The notes under the pieces: model-generated
The model's input: the letters and a program-made list of their open reading frames with translations, nothing else
Database searches by the model: none
Told to the model about the DNA's origin: nothing
Position numbers and translations under genes: made by a program
Part shown: positions 38,559-52,369 of the stretch, in pieces
How the letters are laid out: every line of letters starts with the position of its first letter
Position numbering within the stretch: position 1 is the first letter of the stretch
NCBI GenBank assembly: GCA_965644265.1
Contig: OZ286462.1
Location: 31,620,001-31,684,000, forward strand
Direction: 5' to 3'
From: Glycera tridactyla
Taxonomy: Eukaryota
DNA: 64,000 nt

Positions 38559-40399
38559 ATGCACATTTGGGGATCGTAGGTTCAACCTCCATAAGAAACT
38601 GAAATATTGAGTAGGAAATATTGGGTTTGGACATTTGATGGTCCTTTCATGGATCTGTTGTCTGTGCATGATGTCACTGAGTTCTGAAGCTGTAAGCCAT
38701 TTGCGTTCATTAAGTTGGCAGGGTTCCTGTATAAGAATGCATTGTTAGGTCAAGACGAAGTCAGTCATTTAGTGTTTCAGTGTACAATTCACACATACCA
38801 GCTGCTCTATCGGATATACAGTGGAACCTGCTAGAGAGACCACCTCTCTATATGGGCCAGCTGCCTATAAAAGCCACCCTGAGATGCAACTGTGATAGTT
38901 TTCTCAACAGGAAATGACCTGTTATGTACCCTCTCTGCTCTAAAGGCCACCTATCTGCGAAGGCCACTTTTCAAAGTGATCTAGGGTAGCCTATATAGAC
39001 AGATTCTATTGGTTGGTTTTGTTGGTGTTTATTTTCTCTTCTGGCAAAGCAGGTCATCTTGGCTACTGTCTTACGCTTTGAACATGATATCAGTTCCGCT
39101 CACACAACCTTCAGTTGGCTTGCGAGTTGCTACAGACTACAGTATCCAGTGATGATTGTTGCACTGGCTGGCTGGTCCCTCATCTCCATATCATTGGCAA
39201 AATTAACTGACAGGGCTTAACACTGGGAGTTGTCCTTTTGCTCCCTCCCCCTCCCGTACCGGCAAGGGAAACCCCTCATTTACATAGTTTATGCAAGTCA
39301 TTCAATCTTCAGAGGACCCCATTTATGAGGAAACTTCAAATTGAGCATCTCAATTTCAGTTTTTCTTCAGCAACTCTGGCATTCTAAATGGTGACTGTGG
39401 CCTTCTGCATGCAAACAAGCTGAGTCCCAGAAAAGTTGGAGAAATATGTCTACTGGCAAGAGTGCATAGTCAAATTCACCATGTTTGGCTTTACAAACAT
39501 CTACCACCTACCAATGAGATGGGTCTGCATTTCTTATTTGAATATCATCATCAATTCTAGCCTCATCATTTTTCATACTAAGCCATATACATAATGGCAT
39601 TGCCATTATGATGAGTGACCTACAACCTCTGAGTAAGGCACCCAAAGCAAAACACAATGCCAGCACTCCTAACCACTACACCACAGAGTCATCCCACTAA
39701 GATGTGAGTGCAGTGAGAAGGTATGAGGCTAGCACTGACAATGCATCACCCCAAGCTGTCATAGAACTGGCACTTTACACACACACATTTTTTTAGTGAT
39801 AGAAATCATGTCAGAGACATATTTCCAGATTGTACTGGCAACAGGTCCATGAAATGTGTTCCAAATGCCCAAATTATTTTTTGGCTTGTATGGGATTTGA
39901 ACCATCAACCTTCCAGTTTGGCACCCTCGCCAGCAACAAACTGCCAACGCTCTTGTCCTCTGCCCCACGGCAGATCCACAAAAATGGATCTGCAATGGAG
40001 GCAGTTAAGCCAGAGCGCTGGGAGTGTGTTACCCCCAGAGGTCAATGTATCACGAAACCTGTCACACACATTTTTTTCCGTCGGAGACGGTACTGTTTTC
40101 ACTCTGGGATTCCCTCTCAATGTAGACGATAAAATCGCCCAGCTTTGTGGAGGACTCCGTAGAGAAACGTGAGAAAGTCGGGGATAGTAGACATTGATAG
40201 CCGACAAGTTCCGAGTGCGACCCTTTGTAAAAGATGCTTTTGGAATCATCAGAATTAGATCGGCCTTGCCTGAAAAATATGCGATTTGTGTGAGAAACTT
40301 TACTTATTACGTGAAATACGAAGAAATCTGGATAATATCGATAAATAACTGCGTGTGAACGTTTGAAACGAAAAATATGACGGAGAAAGCGACACTTAC

Positions 40400-40566
40400 G
40401 GATAGAGAGCGCGGAATTTCTCGGGGAAGCCCTTCCGGTGACGTCATTATATCGATATGCAAATGAGGCGGCGATCCATCCTATAATAGTTTATAAATAA
40501 TTTATATCTGTCGCGTTCACTGATTGGCCAAATTGTCGGAATCGCGGCGAAATCGACCAATCAGCG
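40400..40566 (-). promoter_or_regulatory. Duplicate copy of the candidate promoter
   Basis: Same sequence as 34869-35035 at offset +5531. Confidence 0.35.
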
Positions 40567-40934
40567 ACCTGCTTTCATAGGGCTCTCGTCGCGAGATGTC
40601 AACAACGTGCGCAGAAGACGATTTTAGAGCGTCTGCGCAGGTTTCGGAACCACGAGGAAGCCGATCTCACGAATGAAACAAGAAGGCCAAACCTAACATG
40701 GCGCGCTTGACATCTCCACTGTTTCTGGCGAATATTCGTCGGATTCTCGGAATTTATACATGGGAGTATATACAATCGGATATCCGTGATTTAATCGTGT
40801 AAACGTTATCACCGTGAGTTCAATATTTCCATGAGAATTTTGCTGTGAAAGGCGATGTATGGATTCGCGGAACCGGACCTGTCTAGCATTCTAGTTGTCA
40901 ACTGGTCAAAGCCGGCCGGCTTCACATGACGACA

Positions 40935-41885
40935 AATACGTTTAATGGCGAAATGCAGAGGAATCACTTCGAGCTAGGTAGCGTGGGCCGAGATTTCGAT
41001 GTTTTCTTTCGTTATATATGTAGTTTGAGAGTTGACACTCTGTCTATTTCTTCGTTGGAGGCGAATTCCGTCATCATATGATTCGATTGTAGAAATACCA
41101 AGATGGCGATCGCGAGTTTCTTCATGCTGCTTTACAAGTCGAAAGATACGTTTTATGGCGAGATGAGGAGGAATCACTTCGAGCTAGTTCACGTGGGGCA
41201 AGATTTCGATGTTTTCTTTCGTTATATACGCAGTTTGAGAGTTGACAATCTGTCTATTTCTTTGTTGGAGGCGAATTCCGTCATCATATGATTCGATTGT
41301 AGAAATACCAAGATGGCGATCGCGAGTTTCTTCATGCTGCTTTACAATTCGAAAAATACGTTTTATGGCGAAATGAGGAGGAATCACTTCGAGCTAGTTC
41401 ACGTGGGGCAAGATTTCGATGTTTTCTTTCGTTATATACGCAGTTTGAGAGGTGATAACCAGTCTATTTCTTTGTTGGAGGCGAATTCCGTCATCATATG
41501 ATTCGATTGTAGAAATACCAAGATGGCGAGTTTCTCCATGCTGCTTTACAAGTCGAAAAATACGTTTTATGGCGAGATGAGGAGGAATCACTTCGAGCTA
41601 GTTCACGTGGGGCAAGATTTCAATGTTTTCTTTCGTTAAATACGCAGTTTGAGAGGTGATAACCAGTCTATTTCTTTGTTGGAGGCGAATTCCGTCATCA
41701 TATGATTTGATTGTAGAAATACCAAGATAGCGATCGCGAGTTTCTTCATGCTGCTTTACAAGTCGAAAAATACGTTTTATGGCGAAATGAGGAGGAATCA
41801 CTTCGAGCTAGTTCACTTGGGGCGAGATTTCGATGTTTTCTTCCATTATATACGCAGTTTGAGAGGTGATAACCAGTCTATTTGT
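40935..41885. repeat. Duplicate 210-bp tandem array
   Basis: Same units as 35405-36327, extending about 25 bp further. Confidence 0.95.
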
Positions 41886-42010
41886 TCTTTGGAGAACACA
41901 AACACAGGCTCTCTCTCTTTCTGTCTCTCCACTTCATTCATTTTCCCCTTTAAATTACCACTTCTCCACTGTAAATCGACGACCATTCTTCTTTTTGAAG
42001 AAATTTCTTG

Positions 42011-42515
42011 TTAGTGATAGAAATCATGTCAGAGACATATTTCCAGATTGTACTGGCAACAGGTCCATGAAATGTGTTCCAAATGCCCATATTATTTTTT
42101 GGCTTGTATGGGATTTGAACCATCAACCTTCCAGTTTGGCACGCTCGCCAGCAACAAACTGCCAACGCTCCTGTCCTCTGCCCCACGGCCGATCCACAAA
42201 ATGGATCTGCAATGGAGGCAGTTAAGCCAGAGCGCTGGGAGTGTGTTACCCCCAGAGGTCAATGTATCACGAAACCTGGCACTCACATTCACACACATTT
42301 TTTTTCCGTCGGAGAAATCATGTCAGAGACATATTTCCAGATTGTACTGGCAACAGGTCCATGAAATGTGTTCCAAATGCCCAAATTATTTTTTGGCTTG
42401 TATGGGATTTCCCACACACACACACACACACACATTTTTTTAGTGATAGAAATCATGTCAGAGACATATTTCCAGATTGTACTGGCAACAGGTCCATGAA
42501 ATGTGTTCCAAATGC
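42011..42515 (-). repeat. Head-to-tail SINE units running into a gap
   Basis: One full unit with about 100 bp of 5' flank (42011-42315), then two partial 3' halves. Confidence 0.8.
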
Positions 42516-43329
42516 NNNNNNNNNNNNNNNNNNNNNNNNNNNNNNNNNNNNNNNNNNNNNNNNNNNNNNNNNNNNNNNNNNNNNNNNNNNNNNNNNNNNN
42601 NNNNNNNNNNNNNNNNNNNNNNNNNNNNNNNNNNNNNNNNNNNNNNNNNNNNNNNNNNNNNNNNNNNNNNNNNNNNNNNNNNNNNNNNNNNNNNNNNNNN
42701 NNNNNNNNNNNNNNNNNNNNNNNNNNNNNNNNNNNNNNNNNNNNNNNNNNNNNNNNNNNNNNNNNNNNNNNNNNNNNNNNNNNNNNNNNNNNNNNNNNNN
42801 NNNNNNNNNNNNNNNNNNNNNNNNNNNNNNNNNNNNNNNNNNNNNNNNNNNNNNNNNNNNNNNNNNNNNNNNNNNNNNNNNNNNNNNNNNNNNNNNNNNN
42901 NNNNNNNNNNNNCTATGGAGAATGGCTGGCTGCCAGCTCTCTAATTTCACTCACACAATCTCTCGTTCTCGTTGAGATCTCAATGCACGGTCAGATTACA
43001 TACCATACAGGTGTTTACCATTGCTGTCAGCTCAGTGTGGACACACTAGGCCTGGAGTTTGTTATAACGACCTGTGTTCGATACAGTCTGCCTCAGGACA
43101 ATGGAGGCAGATTAACTGGTTAAGCCTTCAGTGAAACCTGCGACGAGAGACCACCCTGAATGACACCAAAAAGCAGTCTCTCAAAAGAGGTGGTCTCTTG
43201 TCGGAGGTATATTTGACTATGTCAAATGGAAAAGCTGCCCTGGAAAAGTGGTCTCCCATCGGAGGTGGTCTCTCGTCAGGGGGTCTCTCATCGCAGGTTT
43301 CACTGTATGATCAAATGCCAGAATCTCGG

Positions 43330-43555
43330 CACTATCCAAAGTCCAGGCTCAATCGAATTCTGAGCTTTATCCAAAGTCTAAGCTCTACCCTGAGTCTAAG
43401 CTCTATCCTGAGACTAAGCTCTATCCAAAGTCTAGGCTCCATCCTGGATCTAAGCTCTACCCAAACTCTAGGCCTATCCAAATTCTGAGCTCTATCCGAA
43501 GTCCAGGCTCCATTCGAAGTCTAAGCTCTATCCAAAGTCTAAGCTCTATCCCAGT
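43330..43555. repeat. Degenerate 18-bp minisatellite (ctctatccaaagtctaag)
   Basis: About a dozen imperfect units. Confidence 0.85.
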
Positions 43556-45010
43556 CCTTTCAAATCAAAGTTACTGGCACCCAAATAAGATATAAGCACA
43601 GGAAAGTACAGTCAAACCTCCTCTAAAGACCACCTATTCATAGAGACCACCTCTCTATAGAGGCCACCCTGAGCTGCGACTGCGGTAGTATTTTCATCAG
43701 TAAATGACCTCTCTATAAAAACCACCTCCATATGAAGGCCATATTTTATACAGATTNNNNNNNNNNNNNNNNNNNNNNNNNNNNNNNNNNNNNNNNNNNN
43801 NNNNNNNNNNNNNNNNNNNNNNNNNNNNNNNNNNNNNNNNNNNNNNNNNNNNNNNNNNNNNNNNNNNNNNNNNNNNNNNNNNNNNNNNNNNNNNNNNNNN
43901 TGTAACATCAAACAGCTATATTTTCCAGCATGGAATTTGATAGCTGGCTTACTGCCAGAAATCCAATTCTGACAAAACAAAAACATGAATGACACAAAGG
44001 TTGAGGGATGTCACTGATTATTTTTAACAGAGTTGGTTAATGGTGACCCACTTATTACATGTTTTCACACTCCAATAACCACCTATTCACACCTCTGCAC
44101 TCACACTGGAAGCAGTGAACTGACTTTAAGCGAGCTTTAGCAAAGTCAACCAAAAGACAATTCCAATCATTCTCTTGAATCATCGCTCTGACTGCTTGTA
44201 AGTTCCTTTCAGTTCACAGTTTCTTTTATTTCTCGCCCTCCCTTAAGTCTCAATGGTAGGAGTGAGCTGACCCCTTAATTTCCTAATTTTGGGTAGCCAC
44301 TCAATACGTTGTCATTTACAACGTCACAAAATTGTAAAGGCCATTGACTGCTAACAGTGGGTGGGGGTTGGGGTGATACTTGTGGAAAGGCCTCTATATC
44401 TCTCACACATCAAAAGTTTTAGATGAAGCCTCCGAGCACAAACTTCATTTCGCGATCTCTCGCAGGGGCAACAAAAGTGAAACAACGGTTGGTTGGACCA
44501 TGGCGTACGCACATAAGACAGGTTTTCGACTAGCACAGGATTTTGCTCAAGCAGGTTTTACTGTAATGACACAGATGACCACACTGAGAAACATCAAGTG
44601 GTCTCATGAAAAGCTGGTCTATCATCAGAGGTATAGTTGAATATGACAAATATGATATAGAGGTATCAGAAATTGGTCTCTCAAACTGGTGGTCTTTTGT
44701 TAGGGTATGGCTTATTCAGATTCTACTGCCACTTTTTTTCTATTTTTGCTCCAGGATATTTGTTCAAGTGTCAAGGCAGCATGGGAAAGTGAAACCATTC
44801 ACTAATCTAACCCAAGGATCAAATAACAATTAGAGGATATCAGACACGGGTGCTTGACATTCCAATACCACGCAACATCACAGCGACAGGATGACTCCAC
44901 ACAGACCGGCAGCCAGTGCACAGGAAAGACATTCTCAGCAGAATATACATGTCTCAGCAATTCGATTCATGAATCCCCAGCTAATGCATTCACTCAATCC
45001 ACTGTTACTA

Positions 45011-45344
45011 CAGTGAAACCTGCGATGAGAGACCACCCTAAATGTCACCAACAAGTAGTCTCTCAAAAGAGATGGTCTCTCATCGGAGGTATACAGTAAA
45101 ACCTGAATTAAGTGAAAAGTCACCTAAGACAGGATTTTGCTTAGCGCAGGACAATTATAGTGAGAAAAAAAACATCCGGGCAGACCATGGGGTATGCGCT
45201 TAAGACAGGATTTTGCCGAGCACAGGTTTACACTTAAGCAGGTTTTACTGTATTTGACTATATCAGAAAGAAAAGCTGCCCTGAAAAAGCGGTCTCCCAT
45301 CGGATGTGGTCTCTCAGTGGGGTCTCTCGTCGTAGGTTTTACTG
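45011..45344. mobile_element. MITE with a second MITE (45094-45250) nested at a duplicated TA
   Basis: The empty site ggaggtatatttgac is seen in the copy at 43129-43305. Here it reads ggaggta TA[cagt...actg]TA tttgac. Confidence 0.88.
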
Positions 45345-47292
45345 TATTACAGTAATGCATTCAAACCTGCTCGAGAGACCACCTCTCTATAAAGGCCACT
45401 ATATATTTGATACAAACAAAGATGGCCTTCCTAGACAGGTCCTACTGAACTTGTATCAGCAATTCAATTCATAAACCCCACTAATGCACTCATTCATCCA
45501 GTGTTATTATGACAGCAATACTACCTCCCTCAGTGAATTAAGATGAAACTACAGTCTAACCTGCACAAGACAACCTCGGTGTACAAAGACCACAAAAATT
45601 AACCCTGAATAATCCACACAAGAGAGTTTTATACAGTGAACAACCTCTTCACTAAAACCACCTGTCAACAAATACCATTTTTTCACATGATCAAAAGCAG
45701 TAATTGCTAATATTGACAAATGATATCATTCTCACTGACATGTTTTGAACTCAACTTGCAAGGAACTGTGCTATAGTAAGTAACCATTCATTTTTGCTGG
45801 GATAACTAGTACAGTAAAATCTGCTATAGTGAAATCCTGTCCACAGTGAAATCCTGTCTACAGTGAAAAGAAAAATCTGGCCCGAACGTTTTTTTTCCAC
45901 TATAATTGACCTCTACATAGTGAAATCCTGTCTCCAGTGAAAAGAAAATCTGGCCCGTGACTTTTCACTATAGACAGGTTCTACTGTACATGTATACAGC
46001 TCCAGGGCTTAATTTCATAGTCGCCGGGGCTACATTTCGATAGGATCACAGCAGTATAAGTTACAGACATGTCATATTCACTGAAATACTACTGTACATT
46101 ACTATAACAACAACAGAACATGATGTGAGAACCCATGGTAGAGACAAAATAACTTTACTTCAATCAATGAAAAAAGTCTGATATTTTAAACTCGAATTGA
46201 AGAATTTTGTATCCAGGCTTCAACTTGCTGAGACTATGGTCAAACCTGCTTAGAAAGGGTTTGACTGGATGTTATCAGGGTTACTGAGGAGGGAAGGTGG
46301 CACCATATCTCCAGATAGAATACTGAGATTAATCATACAGCTGAACATGCAAGTTGGGCCAAAATATAATATGATAAATGTAGAATTGTGAGAGCTCATC
46401 TTCATAAACATCAGCACCAGGATATTTAGAGTGAAGATATGCTCCCTCATTGGCCTGGGAGACGTATCTCATTGCCTCTTTCAACTTTTTGTTCTTCTGC
46501 CTCCTAATCATAATATTGCTGAAATGGCTGAAAAATTCACAACAAATATGCCATGCTTATTGCACTATCAGACATGATTTTGACAATCAGTGCCTGAATG
46601 CTTTTCATACAAACAAAGACCCTCCATCATTGTACAATATAACCTGTATTAAGTAACCACCCTTGGGAAATGGAAAAGTGACTACTTGAGACAGGTGATT
46701 GCTTAACTTAAGTGAGAAACATTCTAGCAGGAAAACGGTGGTTGCTGAATGAAGTGGTTGCCCAAAACAGATTAAACTATACTTTCTTTGTGGGATACAT
46801 AAGAATGAACAGCGTCTGACTCCCAATCTTTAATGTTATCAGTTCATAGTGTGTATTTGTTTTTCATACAAAGGTGATTTTTCCGAGCAAGTTTTAACAA
46901 CATTCACAATTTCTACGGATGATTGTACCATATACAGTAGAACCTCCTCTATAGACCACCTCTCTATAAAGACCACCTCCCTATAAAGACCGCCCTGAAC
47001 TGCGACCGTGGTGATATTTTCTGTAGTAAATGACCTCTCTATAGAGACCACCTCCCTATAAAGGCCACTTTTTGGTGCGACTGAGGGCGGTCTTTGTAGG
47101 GAGGTTCGACTGCATTTTGAAGATTAGAATGACCAGTATAATATGACCTCACTAAAAAGCATTACCTAGAATATGAAAAACCGAGTTGTGAGAATGGACA
47201 CATCATTATATGCTAGAAACCTTAATAGGAAGTTGGCTGTATGTTTCTGATACCCTCCAACTAGCAAGCCACTTGGTGTTAATCCACATCAA

Positions 47293-47780
47293 ACAAGTCC
47301 TAGTAACTCCCCCACCAAAAAAGATATAAGCATAGTTTGATGAATGCGCAGGAAATGCCGGGAGTGACACACATCAGAGATGCGTACCAAAACAAGATAG
47401 ACTCAGTGAGTGTGAATGCCTTGCTGAGTTCATGCTTGTCACAGAAGAACTGGGTGAGAGAAGTGAGAAATGCCTTTTCACACTCAATGATGTGTCTTAC
47501 CATACCCTGATCGAGTCTGCAAACCAAGTTTGAGACGGCTAGCCCTCAAACCTTTCAAGTTATTGTCCTGAAACCATTTAGACCTTCTTGCACTTAGTGA
47601 CCTCGCAATTCAAGTTGACTACACCAAAATCAATAGATGTCTTACCATAGCCTGGGAGTCTGTACACTAAGTTTGAGAAGGCTAGTTATTGTCCGGAAAC
47701 TGTTTTGACCTTTTTGCACTCAGTGACCTTGAAATTCTTTGAGATGACTTTGAGATGGCAAGCTTATCTTCCATGAAATC
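47293..47780 (-). mobile_element. Decayed HINE-like remnant (similar remnants near 3800-4010 and 49040-49465)
   Basis: aaacaag terminus-like motif, an internal unit of about 134 bp duplicated (cttaccata...aagtttgaga..gctag), and gtgacct motifs. Confidence 0.45.
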
Positions 47781-48258
47781 ATTCACCCACACCATGTCAA
47801 TTCGAACACATTATGCCCCTTCGGTGTTACACATTTTGGGAATAAGAATTCACTGTAGGAGTTTCCCCCCCCCCCCCCCCCCCCCCTCCCCTGATCTCAT
47901 TTCCTTCTCATTAACACACACAACTGCTAAATATGATAACCACCCTTGTAGTGCATCTGTCAGATAGGGAGGGTGACCATGGAGTGAGACAGTGCTGGAA
48001 TGGTAGATTCTATGGCTGATTTGACACTAGAATCTATGCCAGGTGCAACTAGGCCTACTTCAAGCTTGCATTTTTTGTCACCCCAGCATATACATTGTCC
48101 TGCATCTATGCTACATCGAATCACAGCTGGGACCCATCCTACGGCCAGACACGGGTGACCCGTTGGATTGTCTATTCACCATTGATCTACCATACAAGTC
48201 TGTCTTGCTGGTGTGATGGATGGGCTATGTAGCAGTAGCCATTCAGAGCAAAATAACC

Positions 48259-48994
48259 CAGGGCGAGAAGAGATGGCCTCCAGAACGTCCCGGGCGTGCC
48301 GGAATCGCGGTCGGGCAGATGGATTTCAAAGTTACACATCTTTTTTGGGCGGGATTCTCCTGCGCATATTTTCGTAGGATTGCATATAAAAGTCGCAAAA
48401 ACAGATTATAATTGTCAAATTTGCAGGCTAGTTTCAACAGTTTCGCATATTCAATCACCATCTTCGAAGCTGAAGATGAGAGAGAACCGACAGATATCTG
48501 TCGTGATCCCTGATTAGCCGAATCCAGAATCCCGGCGAAATAAACCGATCAGCGACCTGCTTACACTGGGCTTTAGTCTGTTCAAAGTGCGCAGTAGACA
48601 CGTTTTCTATCTTCATCAAGGGAATATATTCTCTGAAAATGGCCACATCATCGATATTTGACATTAGGTTTGTCATCTTTGGAGTATGATTTTCGAAAAA
48701 TAGCGATCGATAAACATTCCGTGAGTGAAGTTCACACAGTCACGAGATGTCAACAACATGCGCAGACGACGATTTTCGAGCATCTACACAGGTTTCGGAA
48801 CCATGTGGAAGCCGATCCCACAAATGAATTTATCACGTTTGACGTGTTTTCTTCGGAAATTCGACGTATATACGAGTGTTTCCTCAATCCAGTTGGTATT
48901 CGTGTATAGACAGTTGTTTCTCGAGGGGGGCGGGTGAATTTGAATTTCACCCGCCCATCGGGCGGGTGAGTTTTTCTGATGTCTTCGCGCCCTG
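48259..48994. mobile_element. Family A copy, diverged, no TSD
   Basis: Same termini and internal sequence as 19673-20237, with an extra internal segment. Flanks TAACC and CACAA do not match. Confidence 0.8.
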
Positions 48995-50684
48995 CACAAA
49001 TGAGCAATTTCACCCCAAAATCACTACCCTGAACTGAGATACTGCAGCTGTGAAGGGTAAACATCTCCTGTAACACAATGGAGCATGTGTGCGTGCATGA
49101 AAACTGGTGATGGTAGGGGCCATGGTTGTGGAGTCACCTGACTCCCAACAAAAACTTTGACGTGAAGTCCATATCCTCAAAAATATGCCTTTTTTCACCC
49201 AAAAATATGATACAAAACTGGGATAATGCTGAATGGATGGATGGATACCTTTCCCAATACTCAGGAGTATGTGTGTATGAAATCTGGTGGTGGTAGGGGC
49301 TATAGTTGCTGAGCTACAGACTTCAATGAAAAACTTTGACATAAAACTTTGACGTAGTTCTCTGTGGTATGACATGAAATCGTGCAGAAAAAAAAACTTT
49401 GGCGTAACGCCGACACTGATGTGAGGACAATACATCTCTTCAACATTGTTGAGGCAAGGTAAAAAGGATCTACTTCCTGCTGCCCCTTCCTGTTCCTAAC
49501 TCACTTATCAAAAGTGAAAAGGCTACTCACAAACGCAAACACAAACATGAATACAGATACAGACACATACACGCGAGCGCGCACNNNNNNNNNNNNNNNN
49601 NNNNNNNNNNNNNNNNNNNNNNNNNNNNNNNNNNNNNNNNNNNNNNNNNNNNNNNNNNNNNNNNNNNNNNNNNNNNNNNNNNNNNNNNNNNNNNNNNNNN
49701 NNNNNNNNNNNNNNNNNNNNNNNNNNNCCCAATAGTTTTCAGACCATTTGAGGCCTATAGGCAATTATCAAACTCAAGAAAAATTTAACATTTTGGCTGA
49801 ACCTCCCAGTTCAACAAAGGATAAGACAATAGTTTAGCTGAATCTGCTGAGGAATTTCAGCTCAGGGAGCATCTCAGCAGCATGTGATAAGTGTAGCAGC
49901 TCAATGAGTGGAACAACGAGGATGGTGTAATGCCAGCCTCAATCATCCAGGCCACAGCTGCTTGCATTGTAGTGCCATCTGGGTCTGCATGACAAGCCTG
50001 CTTCCAGCTCATCATCATTTCAATTATTTCAGGGGCTTAATCAATCTCCATCTGGCTACACAGCATCACATATGGCTGAGCCATGGGTGGGAGGGTGTGT
50101 GTGTGGGGGGGGGGGGGGGAGGGGGGTCAGTTCAAGAGGTGGGTGGTATAGTTGCCTCCTGCAGACATTAGATCAGGTGCAGGTGGGATCTACAACTTGC
50201 AAATTGGCAATATTGGAGCTGATTCCATTCACAAATTCAATCCATGGATTGATACCAAGAGCTTCCCTACTAACCATCTGCCAACTTGATGAGTTTCCCT
50301 TCTATAAATATCAGCAGAATGCAAGCTTACAAAATAGGTGGTCAAGCATTTTGACGATGTTGATTAGAGGAGATGTTTCAGGCATTTTCTCACCAGGGTT
50401 CCCTCATTGCAAGTTCAACTGTAATGTTCGGTTAAGTACCTTTATTTTTCATGAAAGCACAGGGTGCTGATAACACTGTACACATTTCCTTGTACACCTG
50501 TGCCTCCAATCAGTGTCATAGTTTGGTTGGTGAGTGGTGTTTTTAGTACATGGGGAGGTTGAGAAAAAGTGTATTTTTTCAGGTGACTTCTAAGTAGCAG
50601 CAGGTTGATCATACATGAATCTATAGATCCCGCAAAATTACACAACACAAAATATAGTGAACATTCACCACAAGGTTGTTTTCT

Positions 50685-50892
50685 AAGGGTTGCCCTACTG
50701 GCACAGGCAGGTAGATTTGGAGTTAGGGCAGGTGATATCACCAGTCTACCTGCCTGATTGGAAGGTACCTAACCATTATTCAATCTATGGTAATATGCAT
50801 GAAGGCAGGTGAAAATTGCAAGGAGGGCAGGTGAAAATCCCACTTCACCTGCCCGAAGGACATCAGAAGAAAAAAGTTAACGTAGAGCCCTG
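50685..50892. repeat. Repeat family rich in acctgccc/gggcaggt (relatives near 10002-10190, 16370-16430 and 28663-28857)
   Basis: Shared agggytgccctac start, gtagagccct end and internal ggcaggt repeats. TSD not resolved. Confidence 0.55.
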
Positions 50893-52369
50893 CATCATGA
50901 TTGTCTTCACATTACTGACTCAGGCCACCAAACTCCGGCCACACCAATGCTGCATGCTCTGATTTGTAATTTACAATACATTGCACCTTGAAACTATCTT
51001 GCACCTTGAAACTATCATGGAATTCAACTGTAACTGATATTCATGCTGGCATTTCCCTTGATGTTGAAACTGAAAAGGTCACCACAGCTGATGACTAGTT
51101 CGAGCTCCAACCAAGCAAATACAGTGAAACCTGTCTTGGGAGACCCCTCTTTTGGGAGACCACCCTCTAATGGGAGACCACTCTTTATCGGCTCTTCTCT
51201 ATTGGGCATAGTCAAATATACCTTCAATGAGAGACCACCTGTCTTGAGAGACCGCTTTTTGTTAGCATTTTGGGTGGTCTCCCAAGACAGGTTCTACTAT
51301 ATACACAAACCTCCACACCAGACAAACGAGTTCTGTGTTGCTACTTGCTAAGGCTATGGCTAGGTCCACTGGGAATCATGGTGGCAACATACATTATTGT
51401 TCATCTCTTTTAAGATTAGATAACAGATGTGTCTGTTTAGTTCCTAAGTGTCCAATACTTCATGAGTTCTTTCAACTCACTGCCGAGAATAAAGTCAAAG
51501 CAAATGCTAATAGATGGAATCCTGTTATTCATATTGGCTCAATATTTCAAAAAGATGTAATGTTAACAGAATCAGGGCCAAAAGCAGTAGGCTGGCTCCT
51601 AAGTCGAAAGTTTTGTTAGCCAGGGCAAAATCTTGGTAGCAAGTGATTACATCGCCAATTACAATGTCTCAAAATTTTAGGGCAGCTGGCTCCTAACTGT
51701 TAAAATATGGTAGCCAGAGGGTGAAGGCTGTATATGAAACACTCAACACAAGATGTATGGGACTGGAGATGTATGGGGCTGGTCATGATGAAGTAATGTT
51801 TTGGGCTCATCTGATCACCAAAACTACTGAATTGGAAGACGTTTTGCATGATAAGATACATGTAGTTTGGGAAGGTAGAGCTCATGGATATTTCACCTCT
51901 AATCTTCCTCGCAGGACAGATTTGGTCACTCAACATATCAGTGGTAACATTTATCAGGTCTACCAACAGTCAATCCTTGATTCAGTCTGCTTGTCTACAG
52001 TCAGTACACCTACTTGCCCATATCCAAGGACTGCACACTCCATGTCATGCAGGGTCATTATCAGATAATCCCCAGAAATCTGTATCACTTACCAATACCA
52101 GTTCATCATACATGATAAAGAATCCATCAAAGATGATATCAAAGCCACTCACCTGAAACATAAATAAACCAATACGGTCACTCAAAATATATGAAGTGAC
52201 GTCAACATAGTCATAAGATTCTGATTACAGTTATCAAATTGTCATGAGTTTGAGAGATATGACAATATAAGGCACATACATCTGTGACAGGCACATTGAC
52301 TCATTAGCATTGCACCCAAAGGCACACACAATGCCATTCTGTTTCAAGACCCTGTATCATGGTTGTAGG

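Larger units (their letters stand above)
30808..41858. repeat. Direct tandem duplication of about 5.5 kb (30808-36328 and 36329-41858)
   Basis: Duplicated ORF calls at offsets 5521-5531. I saw only a handful of substitutions or small indels, plus microsatellite length changes. Junction reads acgcagtc|tctacagg. Confidence 0.95.

Noticed and set aside
46250-46530. Protein-like minus ORFs (MIRRQKNKKLKEAMRYV... and MKMSSHNSTFIILYF...) after a tttttcag
   Set aside because: No recognisable homology, only weak donors, and the segment abuts a MITE end.
51700-52156. Overlapping ORFs and a 60-nt AG..GT segment (VSGFDIIFDGFFIMYDELVL)
   Set aside because: No family recognised and no neighbouring exons. 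Possibly a decayed retroelement.
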